The notes under the pieces were generated by a model. The model saw only the letters and a list, made by a program, of their open reading frames with translations. It ran no database searches and had not been told where the DNA came from. From positions 1 to 57,308 of the IMG/VR virus record IMGVR_UViG_3300006224_000012: a stretch of 57,308 bases of DNA. One strand, 5' to 3'. Positions 17,601 to 24,883 of this stretch are shown here, piece after piece (within the stretch, counting starts at the first letter, position 1; every line of letters begins with the position of its first letter). This DNA is from a virus (taxonomy: Duplodnaviria; Caudoviricetes). Both the position numbers and the translations under genes were made by a program.

Positions 17601-18463
17601 GATGAAGTATCTACGAATACTTCGTACTCAACATCATCACTATCTATGTCAGTACCAGTAAATTTAAGAGTAGGAGTTCTAGTATAAAGAGAAGAGTCAT
17701 CTGTTGGAGTATTTAATACAACAGAAGGAGAGGAATTAGAACTTTCAATATCAATTACTGGGACGAGTATTTTTGCCGCTGAACAAGTAATCGGGATAGC
17801 ATCTACAGATGCACTTGCAATGGTAAGAGGTTTAAAGGCAGCAACTTGGGCATAAGAAGAAACAGACGCACCTTTAGACCATGTAATTGTAATGCTTCCA
17901 CTAGATTCGGTAGCAGTTGCACAACCTGCTACCTGTGACCCCATATCTGCTTCAGAGCCAGAAATTTCTGCTCCGGTTGTTACTCCTAAGTTAGAAGTAG
18001 CGGATTCAAGGTCAACTATACCACCAACACCATAAGCTCCGGTAGTAACACTAGAAACTGTCACAGTATGAGAGGTAGTAGAACTATCGCCAGAATTGGC
18101 AGTATCATATACGATAGTAAGACTAGCATTACTCTCAATTAGTCCAATTGCGGTAGCTTGTAAATCTGTGCAAGTTCCAGCCGGTGTTACTGCTACAGAC
18201 CAGGGACCACCAATTGCGGGGGTATTTTTATACCATATTGAAATAAAGCCGCTTCCAGAGCGGTATCTACCAGCAGGGATTTCAGTTAGGTTTGTGCCAT
18301 TCCATGTAACGGAATTTATAACTGAATCGGATGCGCTTGAATCATATCCAGTAACAACAACGACCAAACATTTAGTGTTGGTCGCAGTAGTGTGATTAAA
18401 AGAAAGACCAGAAGAGTTGCCGTCATTTCCAGATGAAGTAGGTGTGCCTAATGTAATTGCCAT
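14696..18463 (-). CDS. Multi-domain repeat-containing virion fibre protein (1255 aa)
   Basis: Ser/Thr-rich beta domains, a split FN3-like domain, same repeat family. Confidence 0.75.
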   Translation of the reverse strand: MAITLGTPTSSGNDGNSSGLSFNHTTATNTKCLVVVVTGYDSSASDSVINSVTWNGTNLTEIPAGRYRSGSGFISIWYKNTPAIGGPWSVAVTPAGTCTDLQATAIGLIESNASLTIVYDTANSGDSSTTSHTVTVSSVTTGAYGVGGIVDLESATSNLGVTTGAEISGSEADMGSQVAGCATATESSGSITITWSKGASVSSYAQVAAFKPLTIASASVDAIPITCSAAKILVPVIDIESSNSSPSVVLNTPTDDSSLYTRTPTLKFTGTDIDSDDVEYEVFVDTSSSFDSGYMKIKYVDLKLQKFGSPDFQLICGIGSGHYPDDYWSDPIETLTMTSGIVRFTFSTPIIIPYIGGTFHVSLERLPNVHDETNYIGWNLSTSNPYSGGVMYMLSYTGDDRWGYFPEYDLWAKIYSETETCYIDVSFTSSNYSQLWGGTGTDTQTMLSQDFTSVGTALLDYTSDAVPGAFYHDGSDTHPFTSGHEITYTPLDIDIQYCLFNDSTPSDPDSKWTDDGNAFDEDTTFGFASCVGAVSGTKTYGYLGGEGTNLPSLVNETVLRVDVALVGYTSDYDPTRTSFYATVYSSTDEELGTCMSRQGSGSGAYTPVTLTPPSGGWSLSAIQNLKVRIYGDIPSGVTVYCGAVQLAVYTTEEYEFNYGDTIYWKVRAKDPDGSDTYGSFSSTNHFHLVEPTSPKIVFAGDGNAKTEIQFDLVDFGLSVQTTEKIWTETWYRFNKDDFDGNVQFYWEVVASNSSTSNTLNVNLYDTNNSSSVGSITVLANTGTTYSRYRSSAMTLNSGDIKYAVQTAGEIDGDTYVYAARIIVVQDETATKTVIPIAMNGKDDWWYSSSPNIETLQDNVTTWQQKDLGSNVPQRHYRFHKNASNWGGIDHCVFEGSLRTNNGDFEGQVGLCDIDDSNNAVAIIETKSSTIEYQWTEFDWEDMPDGHEFETFVRAVEATVDTTHYRSSLRLYLTGLSKGEIYLTVDRYDSTLNAETTPYQRSQYNSGNYSNPVCYLDATGYCADNAERLQLYEINSSTSTPNSLVSGSGINWNSATKTWKRSSSFTPTSGDDLCVHKVASTNTQHVEGRAFLVVSFTGINVTSYGTLSASHAQILAPEVTALSTGTIPIPICLTCSATKIVAPSICVANTSAVLTAQQTKILTPEVYSVVRIEIPTLTCTHCALNAPYLIFIATISAAILTAQQTKILEPTITATFTATMSCSHAQLLIPIVSTGTILSGLYTYQLGNSIVVGVAV

Positions 18464-18470
18464 AGCCTAC

Positions 18471-18668
18471 TTATCCTTTAGGTGGTGGGAGGTCGAATTC
18501 CATTTCATTTGCAAAGATTCTATGATTAACGATTAGTCGCGGAAGAATTAGGTTTTTATAGCTCCAGTTTATTACAGCCATAAGCACTCTCTTGATAAAA
18601 GAGATAACTAGTCTAATAGGGGAAACCTCTATTTTTGAACTAGTTTGTATTTGTGGCTCTGGAACCAT
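18471..18668 (-). CDS. Hypothetical protein
   Basis: 65-aa ORF with AAGGAG SD. Confidence 0.6.
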   Translation of the reverse strand: MVPEPQIQTSSKIEVSPIRLVISFIKRVLMAVINWSYKNLILPRLIVNHRIFANEMEFDLPPPKG

Positions 18669-18676
18669 TTTTCTCC

Positions 18677-19300
18677 TTATAAAGCTACGGTCTTATAATG
18701 TTTTTGTCTTAAATCAAAATCTGCCCAAATTTCAAATCCTGCTTTTCTAGCCTGTGTACAAAAGTAGAAATCCTCTCCCATTCGCATTTTTGGCTCTTTT
18801 GGGTCAAAACACATCTTAAACCAAGGATATTCTATAGCTTCTACAACGTGACGTTTAATCAAAACTCCTGTTGCGCCAACTCCGTCTACTTTTTGTAGAC
18901 CATGAGCATTTTCATTGGGAACATCTAAAAATCTGTATTTCTCACTCCAATCTTCAGTATCATTTTCCCATGCTGCTGTAAAGCAATGCCTTCCTTTAAT
19001 AAGAGAAGGCGCAACAGAAGCTACAATATCCTTATCATAAGCTAACAATTTCTCAATTGTTCCCTTTTCTGGCACACAGTCAGAATCTAACAAGAACAAA
19101 TGAGTATAGCTCTTACTCTCCTGCAAAAAATCCGCTATCTGGTTATTTCTTTGCAATTCCAATGGATATGGTGAATACAAAATATGCACCGCCATTTCCA
19201 ATCCAATTCGTGCTGCATCCTGCATACTAACAAGAAGCCATCCTACTGCTTCGGCATGAATGTTCTCTCTAGTAGGGATGGAAATCAAAACACTAGTCAT
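18677..19300 (-). CDS. GT-A fold (family 2-like) glycosyltransferase
   Basis: VLISIP; THLFLLDSD (DxD); VDGVGATGVLIKRHV; GEDFYFC; GFEIWAD. Confidence 0.85.
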   Translation of the reverse strand: MTSVLISIPTRENIHAEAVGWLLVSMQDAARIGLEMAVHILYSPYPLELQRNNQIADFLQESKSYTHLFLLDSDCVPEKGTIEKLLAYDKDIVASVAPSLIKGRHCFTAAWENDTEDWSEKYRFLDVPNENAHGLQKVDGVGATGVLIKRHVVEAIEYPWFKMCFDPKEPKMRMGEDFYFCTQARKAGFEIWADFDLRQKHYKTVAL

Positions 19301-19309
19301 ATCTACTCC

Positions 19310-19750
19310 TTAGTCAGTTGTAATCGTCACAATACCGTTGGTAGACCATGCAATGGTAAACGTACCAGCAGAAGCACTCATGGTTTCACCAAAATCTACA
19401 TAGCCGATAAGCGGCCAAGATGTAGAAGTTGCACCAAGACCAGTATTTCTGCAATAAATAATTGCATAACGTGCAGAAATAGTAGCGCCAGTCCATTCAG
19501 CATTAGTTGCAGTAAACTTCGTAGTAGCAGTAGTGTTAGTTACTGCACAAGTAGTGAGAGTCTGACCTTCAGCAGTATAACCAGTACCAGAAATCTCCAT
19601 TGTGGTAAGTGAAGATAAAAACTCATGAGATTGTGCAGGACTATAGCCTGAAGTAGCTAAAAGAACCCTAATATTATGAGTATTAAAGTCAATATCGCCT
19701 GTAAGACCATGAGTTAGCATTGGGTAGTATACTTTTCCAGAAACAGCCAT
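19310..19750 (-). CDS. Phage virion structural protein
   Basis: IDFNTHNIRVLL...EISGTGYTAEGQTL...ARYAIIY...LIGYVDFG...GTFTIAW...GI, a pattern I recognise from phage tail/fibre regions; strong GGGGGTGA SD. Confidence 0.7.
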   Translation of the reverse strand: MAVSGKVYYPMLTHGLTGDIDFNTHNIRVLLATSGYSPAQSHEFLSSLTTMEISGTGYTAEGQTLTTCAVTNTTATTKFTATNAEWTGATISARYAIIYCRNTGLGATSTSWPLIGYVDFGETMSASAGTFTIAWSTNGIVTITTD

Positions 19751-19768
19751 TTAATCACCCCCTCTCGG

Positions 19769-19948
19769 TTATTTCTTTTTCCGTTTTCTCGGAAATTTTT
19801 TACTTGTATGTCCCTCTTTTGTAGCGGTAGCCAATCCTTTTTTAAAGGCTGGTTTTCCCTCGTTTTCCATAGCGTAATAAATCTTCATGGCTTTTTTACG
19901 GCCATACCGTTTTATTAACGCCTCTGCCAATGTTTTGTTTACTGGCAT
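19769..19948 (-). CDS. 59-aa basic protein
   Basis: MPVTKTLAEALIKRYGRKKAMKIYYAMENEGK...FPRKRKKK; AAGGAG SD; below the ORF-track cutoff. Confidence 0.7.
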   Translation of the reverse strand: MPVNKTLAEALIKRYGRKKAMKIYYAMENEGKPAFKKGLATATKEGHTSKKFPRKRKKK

Positions 19949-19975
19949 CTATTCTCCTTTTTAGTACCTAATAAT

Positions 19976-20003
19976 ATATCGGCTAAATTAGTCAATTGTT
20001 GTA
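19976..20003 (-). promoter_or_regulatory. Putative sigma28-like late promoter
   Basis: TACA-N16-GCCGATAT, intergenic. Confidence 0.5.
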
Positions 20004-20885
20004 CTATACTTCTAGCAGTTTATTCCATGTTTTAGGCCCTACAATACCATCCCATTCAGATGGAGTACTCGGCCAGCATTTTTTCTGGAATCCAATCACG
20101 GCTGTTTCAGTATTTGGCCCATAAATTCCATCAATGGTTCCAGGATTAAACCCTGCTTCTACTAGCTGTTCCTGCACCCAACGTACATCTTCTCCTCGCA
20201 TATATGGGTCAGTAACTTTTAACATTCTTGTATACGGAGGGGCCGGGTCTTCATGCCAATATTCAAATCCTGGAGGAACTGGTACATCATCAGGAATTGG
20301 TCCATCTTCTATTAATAAGCCACAAATTTTCAAGAAGCCTCTCATAGCCATGATACCATGAAATCTTGCATATACCCATAAAGCTGTTGGTCCATCCATT
20401 CCATAAATATCCCAACCTGTTCCACCATGAACACCAACTTCCAATAATACACCACGTTGAGGCGGTAATTTTGCAATTCTTCGGCAAAAAGCCAAGTCTG
20501 TTCTAACTGTTGGGTATTGGTGAGCAAATCCAATGCGATTAGCAACTTCTATACCTATTTTATCCGCCCAAGGTGCATCAGCCGCTCTACAAATTAAAGG
20601 ATATACATCCTGTCTTCCATTTGCGTCTGAATGCATACTTAAAACGTAATCTGGTTTCCAAAGCATCATTTTATCAAGCATTTTCACTAACTCATCCACA
20701 TTTGAAGCACCAACTCCAGGAATATAAGCCCAATACATGGTATGTCCATTTTCTGTACCTATACGCATTGCTTCAAGCCCACGAATAACTGCTATTTGTT
20801 CTTCAGTAGTTATTCCCGGTGCAGGATTAGGGTCGCCAGCAACTACGTTATGGTGCTGATTTGATGGGACTATTGCAATCCTCAT
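20004..20885 (-). CDS. Endolysin: Amidase_3-type N-acetylmuramoyl-L-alanine amidase + PG-binding domain
   Basis: H...E...LSMHSDA...VLLEVG Zn-amidase pattern; C-terminal GEDVRWVQEQL...DGIYGPNTETAVIGFQ...DGIVGPKTW. Confidence 0.85.
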   Translation of the reverse strand: MRIAIVPSNQHHNVVAGDPNPAPGITTEEQIAVIRGLEAMRIGTENGHTMYWAYIPGVGASNVDELVKMLDKMMLWKPDYVLSMHSDANGRQDVYPLICRAADAPWADKIGIEVANRIGFAHQYPTVRTDLAFCRRIAKLPPQRGVLLEVGVHGGTGWDIYGMDGPTALWVYARFHGIMAMRGFLKICGLLIEDGPIPDDVPVPPGFEYWHEDPAPPYTRMLKVTDPYMRGEDVRWVQEQLVEAGFNPGTIDGIYGPNTETAVIGFQKKCWPSTPSEWDGIVGPKTWNKLLEV

Positions 20886-21904
20886 TCTTTTCCTCCTTTG
20901 TAGTCTAATAATTTTACTTCTATCATATCGGCAATAAGCCCTTTAAAGTCAAAAACTGGCTTCCAGCCAAGCTCTTTTTTAGCTTTAGTAGCATCCCCTA
21001 AAAGGATACTGACTTCATTGGGCCTATAGTATTTCTCGACAGATTTTACCATAATATTACCATCTAAACCATATCCTACCCACATTCCTTGCCCATTTTT
21101 AATCCAGATAACGTCGATTTTAAAGTGGTCGTATACTTCTTTGACAAACTCTATGATTGTGTGGGTTTCGCCAGAGGCTAAGATGTAGTTTTGTGGACTG
21201 GTTTGCTGAAGCATTAGCCACATTCCTTCTACCATATCCTTTGCGTGTGACCAATCTCTTTTAGCATCCATATTTCCTAATTCTAGCACAATATCTTCTC
21301 CGCACATTTGTCTAACAACAGTATCGACCACTTTCTGAGTTACGAACTCAATCCCTCTTCGGGGGGATTCATGGTTGAAAAGAATTCCGCATACGATAAA
21401 CATTCCATAAGATTCTTTGTAAATACGAGCCATTTCGTGAGCAAATAACTTTGAGACACCGTATGGGCTTCTAGGTTTATAAGGAGTTTGTTCTGTTTGC
21501 GGGTAATCTTCCCCGTCAAACATTTCACTACTACTGGCTTGGTAGATTCGGGCCAAAGGACAAGATAATCTGGCAGCTTCAAATACATTTAAGGCTCCTA
21601 TTCCTGTTACATTTGCAGTTAATTGTGGCTGATTCCATGATATTGCTACATATGATTGTGCGGCTAAATTATAGATTTCATCTGGCTGCACATCATCGAA
21701 AATTCTAATTAAAGAAGATATGTCTGTTATATCTCCATCCAATAAATGGATTTTTCTTTCCACTAAAAGTGGGTATATATTTTTATAGTTTGGTGTGCTA
21801 ACTCTCCGCACTATTCCATATACTTGATAGCCTTTTTCAAATAGGCTCTCAGCTAAATAGCTTCCATCCTGGCCGGTGACTCCTGTAATTATCGCTTTCT
21901 TCAT
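20882..21904 (-). CDS. gmd: GDP-mannose 4,6-dehydratase
   Basis: ITGVTGQDGSYLAE; PDEIYNLAAQS; YQASSSE; PRSPYGVSK; GILFNHESPRRG.EFVT. Confidence 0.95.
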   Translation of the reverse strand: MKKAIITGVTGQDGSYLAESLFEKGYQVYGIVRRVSTPNYKNIYPLLVERKIHLLDGDITDISSLIRIFDDVQPDEIYNLAAQSYVAISWNQPQLTANVTGIGALNVFEAARLSCPLARIYQASSSEMFDGEDYPQTEQTPYKPRSPYGVSKLFAHEMARIYKESYGMFIVCGILFNHESPRRGIEFVTQKVVDTVVRQMCGEDIVLELGNMDAKRDWSHAKDMVEGMWLMLQQTSPQNYILASGETHTIIEFVKEVYDHFKIDVIWIKNGQGMWVGYGLDGNIMVKSVEKYYRPNEVSILLGDATKAKKELGWKPVFDFKGLIADMIEVKLLDYKGGKE

Positions 21905-21917
21905 ATTACTCCTTTCT

Positions 21918-21949
21918 AAAAAGAGAAAGCCGCATTTAAGCGGCTTTCT
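21918..21949 (-). terminator. Intrinsic terminator/attenuator immediately upstream of the gmd RBS
   Basis: AGAAAGCCGC-TTAAAT-GCGGCTTTCT-CTTTTT. Confidence 0.8.
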
Positions 21950-22016
21950 GGAGAGTTTTTATAGAGGTTCTCGCTTCGTACCTCTGCACCTTTTGCCGAA
22001 ATCGGTGTCATTTATA

Positions 22017-22044
22017 TTATCGTCATTTTGATTTCGTCTTTTGA
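22017..22044 (-). promoter_or_regulatory. Putative sigma28-like late promoter
   Basis: TCAA-N16-GACGATAA, intergenic. Confidence 0.5.
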
Positions 22045-22099
22045 GATTACGTTTTGTGAAGTTTTAAAACTTCCCTTCAGTAATAGAAAGCCTGTATTA

Positions 22100-22675
22100 C
22101 TAAACGTCTAACTCTAGCATTTTTCCTGTTACATCATGTCTTACACCGTCAATCATAACATATACTTTATTTTCTTTCATGCTTTTAATGAGAATTACTT
22201 CTTTTGGTTTAGGGGGTTCTTGGGGTATGATTTTGGGTTCCTCTTTTAATGGCAAAGTTTCTACTTCTGCTGAAGGCACTTCAGGAGGGATTTCAGGCGC
22301 ACACTCTTTATTACCATTTAGCTTTAAATTGCTTTCTTGTTTAATTACACTTAATTTTGCGCCAGCAGAAGTAGCTACCGCATGAATCATTTTACTTCCT
22401 GCCCCAATTGTTAACCCATAAAAGATAGTGCCGAATCTTTCCATTAACGGTACTCCGGTATCTAACAGGGTTTGATAATTCAATGCAATAGCTACTCCTA
22501 GTCCAGCAGCAATAGAAAGGGCAAACCATACTTCTCCTGGCGTTTTTTGGACCCACCCCCAAGGTAGTTTATAGTATAGTGTTTTAAGGAACTGAATAGC
22601 AATTACTATACCTGAAGATATAGCTGCAATAGTCCCTGCATCAGTTAGTATATTTGCCCAATCCATTGTATCCAT
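22100..22675 (-). CDS. Holin-like membrane protein
   Basis: About 3 TM segments; GLTIGAGSKMIH; near the endolysin. Confidence 0.6.
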   Translation of the reverse strand: MDTMDWANILTDAGTIAAISSGIVIAIQFLKTLYYKLPWGWVQKTPGEVWFALSIAAGLGVAIALNYQTLLDTGVPLMERFGTIFYGLTIGAGSKMIHAVATSAGAKLSVIKQESNLKLNGNKECAPEIPPEVPSAEVETLPLKEEPKIIPQEPPKPKEVILIKSMKENKVYVMIDGVRHDVTGKMLELDV

Positions 22676-22678
22676 TTA

Positions 22679-22978
22679 TTACTTTTTATCTCCTGCCTTT
22701 AAAACTTGCTGGTCATAAATATTCTGAGAAGAAATAGCTCCACGGGAAGCAAGCAATCCAGTAAATACACCAATAAAATAGAGCGTCCAATCTGTAGTTC
22801 CTGTAGCAGCTATAGCTGCTTCTACGAGAACTACGGGGAGAAGTAAGCTAACTAATCTATTTGCCAAACCGCCAAAATAGCTTCCAAGTGCAGCGTTGAG
22901 AGCAATAATAATCCCTGAAGTTACAAACCATGCACCAGGGCCAGAAGCTAACATTGCCATTGTGATTGTAGGGTCCAT
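22679..22978 (-). CDS. Small multi-TM protein (holin-like)
   Basis: 99 aa, about 3 hydrophobic segments, GLLASRGA...YD. Confidence 0.6.
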   Translation of the reverse strand: MDPTITMAMLASGPGAWFVTSGIIIALNAALGSYFGGLANRLVSLLLPVVLVEAAIAATGTTDWTLYFIGVFTGLLASRGAISSQNIYDQQVLKAGDKK

Positions 22979-23018
22979 TTTTACCTACCTTTCTTTTTCT
23001 TACCTTTACATTTATCTC

Positions 23019-23180
23019 TTATTTCCATTTGTCCTCCTTTTCGTGCTGTCGCCTTTTGCGTTTCTTTTCTTTCCGCTGGTTATAAGAATCCATTTCTAAG
23101 GCAACTTGTTCATCAACTCCACACTTCACTAAGAAGTCAAACGTGCGAGAGGGTTTTTGTTCCTCTCCCTTTTCTTTCAT
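23019..23180 (-). CDS. 53-aa charged hypothetical protein
   Basis: MKEKGEEQKPSRTFDFLVKCG...KEKKRKRRQHEKEDKWK; ATGA overlap. Confidence 0.55.
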   Translation of the reverse strand: MKEKGEEQKPSRTFDFLVKCGVDEQVALEMDSYNQRKEKKRKRRQHEKEDKWK

Positions 23181-24268
23181 GCTAATTCCCCCATATCTAA
23201 GAAATCTGGTTTATGCCGATAAATTTTCTTTCCATCAATAGTATCGACAGCTTTTATCTGAATTATCACACCCCCCACTTCTGGGACTAAACTTTTTTTA
23301 ACCAGATAATCGCTTTGTGCTTCAAAACATCCCGGTAAAATAATTGTGCTATTCCGATGTTTAGGAATATAGAGATTGACATGATAATGCCCAATGACAG
23401 TAATATCACATACTTCCTCTGGTTTTAAGCTATCCACAATTTTTTGTGGTTTGTAGCTTTTAAACGGTCCAAGTCCCCCATCACCATGTCTTAGCATTAT
23501 GCTAAATCCATTGTCCTCAATCGTTCCACATAGCTTCCCTAGATACACGATATCTTGTCGTTTTTCCGCAACTTTTTGCAGTAAATCCGAGCCGCATTGC
23601 TTATATAGGTCTAGGTCATGGTTTCCCGAGATTGTGTACGTTTTTATGCCGTTTTCTGGATAAGTTGAACAGATGTAATTAATCTGTTTGTCTTCCCCAT
23701 AGATTTTCAAATCTGCCATTTGGCCCTTATATACTGTGCCATTTCCAGCAGATAAGTCCCCGGCACAAAAAATAGCTTCAACCTTCTCCTCTTCACATAT
23801 TTTATAGAAGTTATGGAGTAGGTCAAGCCTCTCATGAATGGAGCAAATATGTGGGTCTGCAATAACCCCGTATTTAACCCAATCATCTTTTTTAAATAGC
23901 TCCATCTGATATATAAGGTTATCAGGAGTAGGAGCCGCTTTATCAAATACTAAATACCCCGCCTTAAACTGAATAGCAGAGCGACTATTCATAAGGTCGT
24001 CTAACAAGTCTTCTAACCCATCTAGGTCAAGATTGAATCTCCTAGCCAAATCAGTTGGCTTTATAGGGTTGCTTCTAATGATTTTTACTGCTTTTTCTAC
24101 AGGGTCGTCCCCTAAAACCTCCAGTTTTGCAATTTCTCTGTCATATCTTTTCTTTAATGCATTCGGTGATAATGCCATTTGGAATTCTTTATTGAATTCC
24201 TTAGTTATGTCTGTCCACGATTTACTACTTAACCGTTCTACTATGAATTCATACTCTCTAGTTAACAA
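23177..24268 (-). CDS. Calcineurin-like metallophosphoesterase with N-terminal HTH-like region
   Basis: DPH, AGD, SGNHD, LRHG, GHYH motifs. Confidence 0.85.
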   Translation of the reverse strand: MLTREYEFIVERLSSKSWTDITKEFNKEFQMALSPNALKKRYDREIAKLEVLGDDPVEKAVKIIRSNPIKPTDLARRFNLDLDGLEDLLDDLMNSRSAIQFKAGYLVFDKAAPTPDNLIYQMELFKKDDWVKYGVIADPHICSIHERLDLLHNFYKICEEEKVEAIFCAGDLSAGNGTVYKGQMADLKIYGEDKQINYICSTYPENGIKTYTISGNHDLDLYKQCGSDLLQKVAEKRQDIVYLGKLCGTIEDNGFSIMLRHGDGGLGPFKSYKPQKIVDSLKPEEVCDITVIGHYHVNLYIPKHRNSTIILPGCFEAQSDYLVKKSLVPEVGGVIIQIKAVDTIDGKKIYRHKPDFLDMGELA

Positions 24269-24271
24269 AAA

Positions 24272-24433
24272 TTAGTCTCCTTTAGTTTCTATTCTGAACA
24301 CTTTCAGATTGTTTTCACGACTTTTTCTAATTCTGGCTATTAACTGTGCCCTCCGTTCTAATTCGGATTCTTCAATCCTATCTTCTGCTTCTGAAAGCTC
24401 CTTAACCTTGTGAAGTTTCTTGAATATTCTCAT
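24272..24433 (-). CDS. 53-aa hypothetical protein
   Basis: MRIFKKLHKVKELSEAEDRIEESELERRAQLIARIRKSRENNLKVFRIETKGD; fills the gap between neighbours. Confidence 0.5.
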   Translation of the reverse strand: MRIFKKLHKVKELSEAEDRIEESELERRAQLIARIRKSRENNLKVFRIETKGD

Positions 24434-24833
24434 CTTTTTCTAGAAGACCCCTTACTAAGTCCTCATGTACCCCCTTTCTCTCCTTTAGCTCTAGGTATTT
24501 TTCAAATTCTGCAATCAACTCAGGAGCCTCACATTTTAGTTTGACCAGTTGCTCAATCTGCCCTAGTCGTTGGTTTTGGAGCCTTTGAATCTCTAGGACA
24601 TTCTCTAACACATCTGCTATTTTGTCAAGGGCTTCGTCCTTCCTCTCAAACGCCGGTAAAAGTTCCTCCAAGATATTGTTTCCTATGGTTAGTACTTGGT
24701 TCTTCCCTGATTTATTTTCTACCTTTTGTATCCTTTTATTTACCTTTGTATTATAAATAGTAAGAAGGCCAGCTACAATGGCGACGAGTAAGCCAAAAGA
24801 ACCCGCGATAATCTCGTTTACAGGGACCGCCAT
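24402..24833 (-). CDS. Membrane-anchored coiled-coil protein (lysis module)
   Basis: N-terminal TM then helical region; AAGGAG SD. Confidence 0.6.
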   Translation of the reverse strand: MAVPVNEIIAGSFGLLVAIVAGLLTIYNTKVNKRIQKVENKSGKNQVLTIGNNILEELLPAFERKDEALDKIADVLENVLEIQRLQNQRLGQIEQLVKLKCEAPELIAEFEKYLELKERKGVHEDLVRGLLEKDENIQETSQG

Positions 24834-24855
24834 ATTCTTCTCCTTTTTACTAATA

Positions 24856-24883
24856 TTATCGTCATTATCTTCTTGAGTACTTA
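24856..24883 (-). promoter_or_regulatory. Putative sigma28-like late promoter
   Basis: TAAG-N16-GACGATAA just upstream of the lysis block. Confidence 0.5.

Noticed and set aside
21963-21985. Plus-strand reading AGAGGTTCTCGCTTCGTACCTCT as a canonical preQ1 riboswitch
   Set aside because: Lacks the A-rich tail and a downstream gene on that strand; only the minus-strand variant is kept, as a tentative finding
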